Assembly (NCBI GenBank): GCA_001768325.1
Contig: MENQ01000004.1
Location: 14,058 to 78,057 of the forward strand
Length of the DNA stretch: 64,000 nucleotides
Source of the DNA: Bacteroidetes bacterium GWC2_46_850
GTDB lineage: Bacteria; Bacteroidota; Bacteroidia; Bacteroidales; Dysgonomonadaceae
Direction: 5' to 3'
The notes under the pieces are model-generated. The model was not told the origin of the DNA. It was given only the letters and a program-made list of their open reading frames with translations, and ran no database searches. The first letter of the stretch is position 1. Each line of letters begins with the position of its first letter. The position numbers were made by a program, and so were the translations under genes. Shown here piece after piece: positions 46,713-55,789 of the stretch.

Positions 46713-49700
46713 ATGACAGATCAAATAACAGGAATAAAAAACAGAGAGCCAAATAGCATGCCGAACGTCAGGAAGGTACTTCTTTTGGGATCAGGTGCTC
46801 TCAAGATCGGCGAGGCTGGAGAGTTCGATTATTCCGGTTCTCAGGCATTGAAAGCACTGCGCGAGGAGGGAGCAGAGACGATCCTGATCAACCCGAATAT
46901 CGCCACGGTGCAAACCTCCGAAGGGGTAGCCGATAAAATATACTTTCTGCCGGTCACTCCCTATTTCGTGGAGAAGGTGATTGCCCGTGAACGGCCCGAC
47001 GGCATCATGCTCGCCTTTGGCGGACAGACGGCATTAAACTGTGGGGTTGCTCTTTATCAGTCGGGTGTGTTTGAAAAATATAACCTGCAGGTGTTGGGAA
47101 CACCCGTGCAGGCGATCATGGATACCGAAGACCGGGAGCTGTTTGTGAAGAAACTCGATCAGATCGACGTAAAGACCATCCAAAGCTTTGCCGTCTCTAC
47201 CCTTGACGATGCGTTACAGGCTGCCGGCAGGTTGGGTTACCCCATCATCGTGCGGGCTGCCTATGCACTGGGCGGACTCGGGTCGGGTTTCTGTAACGAT
47301 GAATCGGAGCTGCAAACGCTCGCAGGTAAGGCTTTTAACTACTCAGACCAGCTGTTGATTGAAAAGTCGTTGAAAGGTTGGAAGGAGATTGAATATGAGG
47401 TGGTGCGTGACCGGTACGACAACTGTATCACGGTCTGTAACATGGAAAACTTCGATCCGCTGGGTATCCATACCGGAGAGAGCATTGTGGTGGCTCCCTC
47501 GCAGACGCTCACCAACTCGGAATATCACAAGCTGCGAGAGCTGGCCATTCAGATTGTCCGTCACATCGGTATCGTGGGTGAGTGTAACGTACAGTATGCT
47601 TTTGACCCGGAGTCGGAAGATTACCGCGTGATAGAGGTGAATGCCCGCCTGAGCCGTTCTTCGGCACTGGCTTCCAAGGCAACCGGATATCCATTGGCCT
47701 TTGTCGCGGCCAAACTCGGATTGGGATACGGACTCTTCGACCTGAAAAATTCGGTTACAAAATCGACCAGCGCCTTCTTTGAGCCGGCGCTCGACTATAT
47801 CGTGGTGAAGATACCCCGATGGGATCTGGGTAAGTTCAGCGGCGTCTCCAAAGAGATCGGTTCCAGCATGAAGTCGGTCGGTGAGATCATGGCCATCGGC
47901 CGCACCTTTGAAGAGGCCATCCAAAAAGGGCTTCGCATGATCGGACTGGGCATGCATGGCTTCGTGGAGAACAAGGAACTTATCATCGATGACATCGACA
48001 AAGCACTCAGGGAGCCGACAGATCAGCGCATTTTCGTAATCAGCAAGGCTTTCCGCAAAGGATATACGGTGGATCAGATTCATGAACTGACAAAGATAGA
48101 CCGCTGGTTTCTTCATAAACTCTACCGGATTGTGCTGACCGCCGAAACACTGGAAGGATACACACCTTCTTCGTTAGATTTTGAAAAAAACGGGAATAGC
48201 GGTTTTGACGAAATACTGAAGAGAGCCAAGCAACAGGGTTTCTCTGATTTTCAGATTGCCAGGGCCCTCTGGAAAGATCAGGTAGACGATGCGGCACCGG
48301 CAATCATTCGCACTTACAGAAAGAAAAGGGGGATACGGCCGGTGGTAAAACAGATCGACACGCTGGCAGCAGAATATCCCGCACAGACAAACTATCTTTA
48401 TCTCACCTATAACGGGTCGGAGAACGACGTGCAGTACCTGGGCGACCACCGCTCGGTGATCGTACTGGGGTCGGGAGCTTACCGCATCGGCTCGTCGGTG
48501 GAGTTCGACTGGTGTTCGGTAAATGCACTGAACACGGTTCGCAAAGAAGGATATCGTTCGGTAATGATCAACTACAACCCGGAGACGGTGTCGACTGATT
48601 ATGATATGTGCGACCGGCTCTACTTCGATGAGCTGACGTACGAGCGGGTGATGGACATCATTGAACTGGAGAACCCGCATGGCGTAATTGTCTCCGTGGG
48701 GGGGCAGATACCCAACAACCTGGCTGTGAGGTTGGATGAGTCTGGAGTAAATATACTGGGGACATCTGCCAAAAGCATTGATAATGCCGAGGACCGGCAT
48801 AAGTTTTCCTCCATGCTTGACAGGCTGGGAATAGACCAGCCGAGATGGAGGGAGCTGACCACACTCGGTGAAATTCATCATTTCGCCAATGAGGTGGGTT
48901 TTCCGCTACTGGTAAGACCTTCCTACGTGCTCTCCGGAGCAGCAATGAACGTCTGTTCAAACAATAGTGAACTGGAACGTTTCCTGACTCTTGCCACCGA
49001 GGTTTCAAGCAGGTATCCGGTGGTCGTCTCCGAATTTATTGAAGAATCAAAGGAAATTGAGATGGATGCCGTCGCACAGAACGGAGAGCTGGTGGCATAT
49101 GCCATATCGGAGCATGTGGAATTCGCGGGAGTACACTCCGGCGATGCCACCATTCTGTTTCCTGCTCAGAAAATTTATGTGCAGACCGCCCGCAGAATTA
49201 AGCAGATCACACGGCAGATCGCCAAAGCATTGAATATTACAGGTCCGTTCAACATTCAGTTCCTGGCAAAAGACAATGACATCAAGGTGATAGAATGTAA
49301 CCTGAGAGCATCGAGATCATTTCCATTCGTGTCTAAAATACTGAAAATAAATTTTATAGAGCTCGCAGCAAAAGTGATGCTTGAAGTTCCGGTTGAAAAA
49401 CCTGAAAAATCGGCGTTCGAGCTCGACTATGTGGGAATAAAAGCATCGCAGTTTTCCTTCACCAGGCTGCAGAAGGCCGATCCGGTGCTGGGCGTGGATA
49501 TGGCTTCTACCGGTGAGGTGGGTGCCATTGGGAACCATTTCGACGATGCTTTACTCACGTCGATGCTGGCAGTGGGCTATCGCGTCCCCGAAAAAAACAT
49601 CATGATATCCTCCGGCGGAACGAAATCGAAGGTAGACCTGCTCGATCCGTGCCGGCTTTTGCAGAAAAACGGATATGCATTGTATGCCACTGGCGGGACA

Positions 49701-49997
49701 CAAAAGTTTCTGGAAGAAAACGGCGTGAACAGTACCTTTGTGGCATGGCCCGATGATGAGCATGCCACGCTGAAGGTAAACGACATGATTGCAGAAAGAA
49801 AATTCGACCTGATTATCAACATCCCGAAGAATCTGACAGAGCGGGAGCTGACCAACGGTTACCGGATTCGTCGTGGTGCCATCGATTACAACATCCCGCT
49901 CATCACCAATGCCCGGTTGGCAAGCGCTTTCATCAAAGCCTTCTGCAGGATCACACGCGATGACATAGAGATTAAACATTGGGAAGAATATAATTAA
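46713..49997 (+). CDS. carB: carbamoyl-phosphate synthase large subunit, paralog 1
   Basis: 1094 aa with two ATP-grasp halves, an oligomerisation domain and an MGS-like allosteric domain. It has a 15-aa N-terminal extension relative to paralog 2. The alternative start ATG 46758 (MPNVRKVLLLGSG) may be the real one. Confidence 0.93.
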   Translation: MTDQITGIKNREPNSMPNVRKVLLLGSGALKIGEAGEFDYSGSQALKALREEGAETILINPNIATVQTSEGVADKIYFLPVTPYFVEKVIARERPDGIMLAFGGQTALNCGVALYQSGVFEKYNLQVLGTPVQAIMDTEDRELFVKKLDQIDVKTIQSFAVSTLDDALQAAGRLGYPIIVRAAYALGGLGSGFCNDESELQTLAGKAFNYSDQLLIEKSLKGWKEIEYEVVRDRYDNCITVCNMENFDPLGIHTGESIVVAPSQTLTNSEYHKLRELAIQIVRHIGIVGECNVQYAFDPESEDYRVIEVNARLSRSSALASKATGYPLAFVAAKLGLGYGLFDLKNSVTKSTSAFFEPALDYIVVKIPRWDLGKFSGVSKEIGSSMKSVGEIMAIGRTFEEAIQKGLRMIGLGMHGFVENKELIIDDIDKALREPTDQRIFVISKAFRKGYTVDQIHELTKIDRWFLHKLYRIVLTAETLEGYTPSSLDFEKNGNSGFDEILKRAKQQGFSDFQIARALWKDQVDDAAPAIIRTYRKKRGIRPVVKQIDTLAAEYPAQTNYLYLTYNGSENDVQYLGDHRSVIVLGSGAYRIGSSVEFDWCSVNALNTVRKEGYRSVMINYNPETVSTDYDMCDRLYFDELTYERVMDIIELENPHGVIVSVGGQIPNNLAVRLDESGVNILGTSAKSIDNAEDRHKFSSMLDRLGIDQPRWRELTTLGEIHHFANEVGFPLLVRPSYVLSGAAMNVCSNNSELERFLTLATEVSSRYPVVVSEFIEESKEIEMDAVAQNGELVAYAISEHVEFAGVHSGDATILFPAQKIYVQTARRIKQITRQIAKALNITGPFNIQFLAKDNDIKVIECNLRASRSFPFVSKILKINFIELAAKVMLEVPVEKPEKSAFELDYVGIKASQFSFTRLQKADPVLGVDMASTGEVGAIGNHFDDALLTSMLAVGYRVPEKNIMISSGGTKSKVDLLDPCRLLQKNGYALYATGGTQKFLEENGVNSTFVAWPDDEHATLKVNDMIAERKFDLIINIPKNLTERELTNGYRIRRGAIDYNIPLITNARLASAFIKAFCRITRDDIEIKHWEEYN

Positions 49998-50000
49998 TGA

Positions 50001-50060
50001 GGAGTCAGGAATCAGCTGTGAGCTTCGGTAGTAAAAAGTTGTCACCGGCAGCCATTAGCA
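50001..50060 (+). repeat. intergenic repeat family, copy C
   Basis: GGAGTCAGGAATCAGCTGTGAGCTTCGGTAGTAAAAAGTTGTCACCGGCAGCCATTAGCA. It starts 3 nt after the carB paralog 1 stop. Confidence 0.75.
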
Positions 50061-50064
50061 AGTA

Positions 50065-50104
50065 ATTGGCATATTAGCATATTATCACATCAACAAATCA
50101 ATAA
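50065..50104 (+). repeat. five tandem degenerate octamers directly abutting the carB paralog 2 start codon
   Basis: ATTGGCAT ATTAGCAT ATTATCAC ATCAACAA ATCAATAA, where the last A is the A of ATG 50104. A further ATTAGCA sits at 50054..50060. Confidence 0.6.
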
Positions 50105-53100
50105 TGGATCAGTCAATCAAGAAAGTTATTTTACTGGGTTCCGGCGCCCTGAAGATCGGACAGGCGGGAGAATTTGATTATTCCGGTTCACAAGCGCTGA
50201 AAGCAATGCGGGAAGAGGGAATAGAAACCGTACTCATCAACCCGAATATTGCTACGATACAAACATCGGAGGGGGTGGCCGACAAGGTTTATTTCCTACC
50301 GATCACGCCGTACTTCGTGGAAAAGGTGATTCAAAAAGAAAAACCGGATGGTATCCTGCTCGCCTTTGGCGGTCAGACAGCGCTGAACTGCGGAACAGAA
50401 CTGTACCAAAGCGGCACGCTGGAGAAGTATGGCGTAAAGGTACTGGGGACTTCTGTGGAAGCCATCATGATCACGGAGGACCGTGACCTGTTCGTGAAGA
50501 AACTGAATGAGATTGATGCAAAGACGCCGCAATCTCATGCGGTAGAATCGCTGGAAGACGCATTGGTTGCGGCTCGCGAGATAGGTTTTCCCATCATGGT
50601 ACGCTCTGCCTACGCACTGGGGGGACAAGGTTCGGGCATCTGTGAAAATGAGACTGAATTCATTGAACTCTGCAAAAGTGCCCTCTCCTTTTCAAGCCAG
50701 ATCCTGGTGGAGGAGAGCCTCAAGGGATGGAAGGAGATTGAGTTTGAGGTGATCCGCGACAAAAACGACCACTGCTTCACGGTGGTGCCGATGGAGAACT
50801 TCGATCCGCTGGGCATTCATACAGGCGAGAGCATCGTGGTGGCACCCATCATCACGCTCACAAAAGAGCAGATATCCCTGCTGGAGGATATCGCCGGAAA
50901 GGTTGTTCGCCACATAGGCATCGTGGGTGAGTGTAACATACAATATGCCTTCAATGCAGCAACCAACGACTACCGGATCATCGAGATCAATGCCCGTCTG
51001 AGTCGTTCCTCGGCACTGGCCTCCAAGGCATCGGGCTATCCGCTCGCCTTCGTGGCTACCAAGCTGGCGTTGGGTTATACCCTCGACCAGATCGGTGAAC
51101 TGGGAACGCCCAACTCGGCCTATATAGCACCTGTGGTGGACTACATGATTGTAAAGATACCGCGTTGGGATCTGAATAAATTCTATGGCGTGAGCCACGA
51201 AATCGGCTCCTCCATGAAGTCGGTGGGTGAGATCATGTCAATTGGTCAGTCGTTCGAAGAGATCATTCAGAAAGGTTTGCGCATGATCGGACAGGGAATG
51301 CACGGCTTTGTGGGCAACAGGGAGATCATCTTCGAGCATGTGGAAGAGTCGCTAGCAAAACCGACCGACCTCCGCATCTTCGCCATTGCCGATGCGTTCG
51401 AAAAAGGATACAGCGTGGCTCAGATAGGGGAACTCACAAAAATTGATCCCTGGTTTCTGGGAAAGCTGGAAAATATATACAATTATTCAAAGGTACTCGC
51501 TGATTACAATAAAATAGAAGAGTTACCCGGGGAAGTGCTCAAAGAGGCCAAAAGGCTGGGTTTCTCCGATTTCCAGATCGCACGTTTTGTGGAAGAACCG
51601 GTCGGCACGGTGGAAAATGAGCTGATCAGGGTAAGAAACCACCGGAAAAAGATGGGGATTAGGCCGATAGTACGCCGGATCAACACCGTGGCTTCGGAGC
51701 ATCCCGAAAAAACAAACTACCTCTATTTCACCTACGGATCGGAGAAAGCCTATACGCCACATAAGGAGGACAAAGAGCCGGTTGTTGTGCTGGGATCGGG
51801 TGCCTACCGCATCGGCTCGTCGGTTGAGTTCGACTGGTGTTCGGTAAATGCGGTGCAGACCGCACGCGACCTGGGATACGCCTCGGTGATGATCAACTAC
51901 AATCCCGAAACGGTGTCGACCGACTATGATATGTGCGACCGCCTTTATTTTGACGAACTCACTTTTGAACGGGTGATGGATGTCATCGACATCGAAGAGC
52001 CCAAGGGTGTCATCGTCTCCGTTGGGGGGCAGATACCCAATAATCTGGCAATGAAGCTTCACCGCCAGCAGGTGCCCATACTGGGAACTTCGCCTCTCTC
52101 CATCGACCGCGCCGAAAACAGGCACAAGTTCTCGGCCATGCTCGATGAGCTGGGTATCGACCAGCCACGCTGGACAGAGGCCGGCAGCATTGCGGAGATC
52201 GATGCGTTTATCAATGAAGTGGGCTTCCCCTTGCTGATCCGTCCCTCCTATGTACTCTCCGGCGCTGCCATGAATGTGTGTTACGACCGGGAGCAGATGC
52301 AAGTCTTTCTGAAGATGGCGGTCAACGTGTCGAAGGAATATCCCGTGGTGGTCTCCAGCTTCATGCAGAATGCCAAGGAAATCGAGTTTGATGCAGTGGC
52401 CAGGAATGGGGAAGTGGTGGAATATGCCATCTCCGAACATGTGGAGTTTGCCGGGGTGCACTCAGGCGATGCCACACTGGTATTCCCTGCGCAAAAGATC
52501 TATTTCGAGACCATGCGCCGTGTGAAGAAGATCTCGAAGCAGATTGCCCGCGAGCTGAAAATAAGCGGCCCCTTCAACATTCAGTACCTGGCCAAGAACA
52601 ACGACATCAAGGTGATTGAATGCAACCTGCGGGCATCCCGCTCTTTCCCGTTTGTATCGAAGGTGCTGAAACACAACTTTATTGAGACCGCCACCCGCGT
52701 CATGCTGGATGCACCTTACACAAAGCCGGACAGCTCGGTATTCGACCTGGATTACATCGGAGTAAAAGCATCGCAGTTTTCTTTCTCCCGCCTGCAGAAT
52801 ACCGATCCGGTGCTGGGCGTGGATATGTCATCCACTGGTGAGGTGGGCTGCATTGGTGAAGACTTTTCGGATGCCATCCTCAAGTCGATGCTCTCCGTGG
52901 GATATAAAATACCGAAAAAGGGTATTCTGATCTCTTCGGGAGAGATGAAGTCGAAGGTCGATCTGCTGGAAGCCTGCAAGCTGCTGGGCGAGAAAGGGTA
53001 TGATCTGTATGCCAGTCATGGTACCTGCAGGTTTTTGGAAGACAATGGAATCAAAGCCACCGATGTGAACTGGCCCGATGAGGATGGGAAAAACAACATC

Positions 53101-53316
53101 GGGCAGATGATTGCCGACAAGCAGTTCGACCTGATCATCAACATTCCCAAGGATGTGACACGCAGGGAATTGACCAACGGCTACATCATCCGGCGTGGGG
53201 CAGTTGATTATAACATCCCGCTCATCACCAACGCCCGTCTGGCAAGTGCCTTTATTACTGCCTTCTGCAAACTGGGACTGGAGGATATCGAAATAAAGAG
53301 CTGGAATGAGTATTGA
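50104..53316 (+). CDS. carB: carbamoyl-phosphate synthase large subunit, paralog 2
   Basis: 1070 aa, collinear over its full length with paralog 1 and roughly two-thirds identical by eye. All domains are present. Confidence 0.93.
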   Translation: MDQSIKKVILLGSGALKIGQAGEFDYSGSQALKAMREEGIETVLINPNIATIQTSEGVADKVYFLPITPYFVEKVIQKEKPDGILLAFGGQTALNCGTELYQSGTLEKYGVKVLGTSVEAIMITEDRDLFVKKLNEIDAKTPQSHAVESLEDALVAAREIGFPIMVRSAYALGGQGSGICENETEFIELCKSALSFSSQILVEESLKGWKEIEFEVIRDKNDHCFTVVPMENFDPLGIHTGESIVVAPIITLTKEQISLLEDIAGKVVRHIGIVGECNIQYAFNAATNDYRIIEINARLSRSSALASKASGYPLAFVATKLALGYTLDQIGELGTPNSAYIAPVVDYMIVKIPRWDLNKFYGVSHEIGSSMKSVGEIMSIGQSFEEIIQKGLRMIGQGMHGFVGNREIIFEHVEESLAKPTDLRIFAIADAFEKGYSVAQIGELTKIDPWFLGKLENIYNYSKVLADYNKIEELPGEVLKEAKRLGFSDFQIARFVEEPVGTVENELIRVRNHRKKMGIRPIVRRINTVASEHPEKTNYLYFTYGSEKAYTPHKEDKEPVVVLGSGAYRIGSSVEFDWCSVNAVQTARDLGYASVMINYNPETVSTDYDMCDRLYFDELTFERVMDVIDIEEPKGVIVSVGGQIPNNLAMKLHRQQVPILGTSPLSIDRAENRHKFSAMLDELGIDQPRWTEAGSIAEIDAFINEVGFPLLIRPSYVLSGAAMNVCYDREQMQVFLKMAVNVSKEYPVVVSSFMQNAKEIEFDAVARNGEVVEYAISEHVEFAGVHSGDATLVFPAQKIYFETMRRVKKISKQIARELKISGPFNIQYLAKNNDIKVIECNLRASRSFPFVSKVLKHNFIETATRVMLDAPYTKPDSSVFDLDYIGVKASQFSFSRLQNTDPVLGVDMSSTGEVGCIGEDFSDAILKSMLSVGYKIPKKGILISSGEMKSKVDLLEACKLLGEKGYDLYASHGTCRFLEDNGIKATDVNWPDEDGKNNIGQMIADKQFDLIINIPKDVTRRELTNGYIIRRGAVDYNIPLITNARLASAFITAFCKLGLEDIEIKSWNEY

Positions 53317-53355
53317 TGAATGTACCGATAGCCAATGAACTAATGTGGCAATGAA

Positions 53356-55011
53356 TTATCCCTGGTATTTGAACCGTTTGATGCTTCGTTTGGGCGTTTT
53401 CTCAAACTCTTCGGTGTGGATGCGAAAAGAAGCTATTTTGCTGTATGCAGGTAGTTTGGTGTTTATCTCACCAATGACTTTCCCGAAGAAATCCGTCAGA
53501 TGATCATCGGCAATGCTCTCTGCCTGCAATGCTTCGTAATCGGGGTAAATCAATGCCACAATTTTTTGGTTCTCTTCAATAGCCAGTGACTCACTGACAA
53601 ACGGGGAGCCGTTGATCCTTGCTTCTATGTCTTCGGGGTAAATATTCTGCCCCGAGGCCCCCAGGATCATATTTTTATTCCTTCCCCTGATAAATACGAA
53701 GTTATCCCGGTCGAGGGTGCCCAAATCGCCGGTCTTCAACCAGCCATCCTGGGTGAAGGTCTGCTTTGTGGCCTCCCCGTTCTTGTAATAACCCAGCATC
53801 AGGTTACGCCCTTTGGTCAGTATCTCTCCGACAATGTTTTCTGGGTCTGCAGAATCAATCTTTACCTGCATCCGCTCTACCACTTTCCCGCTGGATCTCA
53901 TTTTATAATCTGTCCAGAAGGAATAGGAGATGAGAGGACCACACTCGGTCATGCCGTAACCCACGGTATAAGGGAATCTGATTTTTCGAAGAAACTTTTC
54001 CACGTCGCCATTTAACGCTGCGCCGCCGATCACCACTTCCACCAGACTTCCACCAAAGAAGTCGATCATCGATTTGCGTACCTTGTTGTATACAATCCTG
54101 TTGAGCAAAGGTATTTTGGTCATTACAGCTGCAGCTCCCCGGCTTATTTTGGGAAAAACGTTCCGGGTGACAATTTTCTCGATGATGAGCGGCACGGCCA
54201 GCACCAGCTTGGGTTGGACACGGGCAAACGCTTCCAGCAATATTTTGGGTGAAGGTGTCTTTCCCAGAAAATGAATGTGACAGCCCATCGAGATGGAATT
54301 GAGTATTTCGAAGGCAAGCCCGTAGGTATGTGCCATGGGAAGCATGCAGACAATATTGTCGCCAGCTTGTATGAATTGGAGGTTGTCGTTGGCAAATTTG
54401 GTGTTCGACCACAAGCTACGGTAGGGTAACATCACCCCTTTGGGGCTGCTGGTGGTACCCGATGTATAGTTAATCACCGCCAGCTCCTCGGGTTTGTCCG
54501 TGCGAAACGAGAGATCATTGACAAAGAATCCGTTTTCATATTTCTTCTCAAAATAGGCCGGAGCAGCGTTGACAAAGGCACCCACTGCATCGGATGCGCT
54601 TTTCATCAGCGTAAGGTCGTCGAGTGAAAACACATGCTCCAACTTGGGTAGGGTGGTGTCATCGATCTGTTTCCATATGCTTTCATCGACAAAGAACATC
54701 TTCGAATCGGAATGATCCACGATAAACTGTACACTCTCCCTGTCAAATTCATGGAGAATGCTTACCGCCACTGCTCCATAGGAAAGTGTGGCAAAGAAAA
54801 CGATTGCCCAGTGGGCGGAGTTCTTTCCGCAGACCGCAATCTTATCGCCCCGTTGTATGTTGGCAGCATGGAAGTAATCGTGCAGCTGGTCTATTTCACG
54901 GGCAAAATCTTTGTAAGAAAAAGTCTTTCCCTCAAAATCGGTCATCGCAGGCGCCAGCCAGTTATTGCGGATGCTCTGTTCAATTAAGCCTAAAAAAGTG
55001 TTCTGGTTCAT
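53356..55011 (-). CDS. AMP-dependent synthetase/ligase (long-chain acyl-CoA synthetase-like)
   Basis: 551 aa with the AMP-binding motif YTSGTTSSPKGV and the later GYGMTE and GWLKTGD motifs. Confidence 0.85.
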   Translation of the reverse strand: MNQNTFLGLIEQSIRNNWLAPAMTDFEGKTFSYKDFAREIDQLHDYFHAANIQRGDKIAVCGKNSAHWAIVFFATLSYGAVAVSILHEFDRESVQFIVDHSDSKMFFVDESIWKQIDDTTLPKLEHVFSLDDLTLMKSASDAVGAFVNAAPAYFEKKYENGFFVNDLSFRTDKPEELAVINYTSGTTSSPKGVMLPYRSLWSNTKFANDNLQFIQAGDNIVCMLPMAHTYGLAFEILNSISMGCHIHFLGKTPSPKILLEAFARVQPKLVLAVPLIIEKIVTRNVFPKISRGAAAVMTKIPLLNRIVYNKVRKSMIDFFGGSLVEVVIGGAALNGDVEKFLRKIRFPYTVGYGMTECGPLISYSFWTDYKMRSSGKVVERMQVKIDSADPENIVGEILTKGRNLMLGYYKNGEATKQTFTQDGWLKTGDLGTLDRDNFVFIRGRNKNMILGASGQNIYPEDIEARINGSPFVSESLAIEENQKIVALIYPDYEALQAESIADDHLTDFFGKVIGEINTKLPAYSKIASFRIHTEEFEKTPKRSIKRFKYQG

Positions 55012-55056
55012 GATGCTATTCTTTCATCCATTATTTTCATTCATTGTAAAAGTAAG

Positions 55057-55064
55057 CAAATTTA
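55057..55064 (-). promoter_or_regulatory. -7 promoter box TAAATTTG upstream of the acyl-CoA ligase gene
   Basis: Exact TAnnTTTG match on the minus strand, 46 nt upstream of ATG 55011. Confidence 0.4.
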
Positions 55065-55233
55065 TGGCTTTCGGTGATCGTTTGTCTATTTTTGATAAAG
55101 TATTTGTATTTTTTAAATCATTCTTGTCTAATTCTGTCGTTAAAATTTCGTTTTAGTTTTTTTTTATCTTACTTTTACGACACTTTTATTTCAATGGAGG
55201 AGAAAATCTAATTAGTCATTTTACAAAGAAAAG

Positions 55234-55716
55234 ATGCAATCATTTCAATATAGCAAACTGCAACTTTATGCATTGTTCATACTGCGCGTGTTCATCGGAT
55301 GGTATTTTTTATACGAAGGATTGGCAAAGCTATTAACTCCCAACTGGTCAGCCTATGGTTATCTGATCGACTCGAAAGGAGTTTTTGCCCCCTTGTTTGT
55401 ACAACTGGCTGGAAATGCCGCACTGCTTGACGTTGTTAACATCATCAATGCGTGGGGGCTTACACTGGTCGGCTTGTCGCTGATTTTGGGATTATTCACC
55501 AAAATAGGATACTTCAGCGCCATCTTTTTTATGCTGATGTTTTATCTTTCTCATCCCCCCCTCTTGCACGCAGAATATATCCTGCCGAGAGAAGGCTCCT
55601 ACCTGTGGATCGATAAAAACCTGATCATGCTGGCGTCAACTGTTGTATTGGTGCTGTTTCCCACTTCCGGAATCATCGGACTTGACAGTTTGCTGGTTCG
55701 CAAAAGAAAATCATAA
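55234..55716 (+). CDS. DoxX-family membrane protein
   Basis: 160 aa with 4 transmembrane segments. The N-terminal ALFILRVFIGWYFLYEGLAKL matches the DoxX pattern. Confidence 0.8.
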   Translation: MQSFQYSKLQLYALFILRVFIGWYFLYEGLAKLLTPNWSAYGYLIDSKGVFAPLFVQLAGNAALLDVVNIINAWGLTLVGLSLILGLFTKIGYFSAIFFMLMFYLSHPPLLHAEYILPREGSYLWIDKNLIMLASTVVLVLFPTSGIIGLDSLLVRKRKS

Positions 55717-55789
55717 TTCAGGCCGACGGTTTGAAGTGTTGCTTACACCTTTCAACCAGAAGACGAAGCATTAAGGATGTTTAATTTTT

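Noticed and set aside
9265-50060. Idea that the repeat element encodes a C-terminal extension reached by stop-codon read-through
   Set aside because: The element sits in different reading frames relative to the upstream gene. Copy A is in frame as GGA TTC AGG, copy B is shifted to G GAT TCA GG, and copy C has an in-frame TGA inside the element. Copy E is inverted.
2465-52461. Other long antisense ORFs: 2465..3121, 4131..5015, 5641..6222, 11302..11940, 16271..16954, 17006..17704, 47343..48116, 48174..48881, 49551..50045, 50692..51198, 51523..52461
   Set aside because: Each lies entirely opposite a confidently identified conserved gene (ftcD, hutI, cyclodeaminase, anti-sigma, clpB, carB x2). 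None shows family motifs, so they are typical antisense open frames.
53317-53355. Spacer between carB paralog 2 and the acyl-CoA ligase gene resembles, in reverse complement, the ATTAGnnnATTGGC tail next to repeat copy C
   Set aside because: The similarity is short (about 20 nt with gaps) and lacks the diagnostic head blocks, so it is too weak to call a repeat copy.
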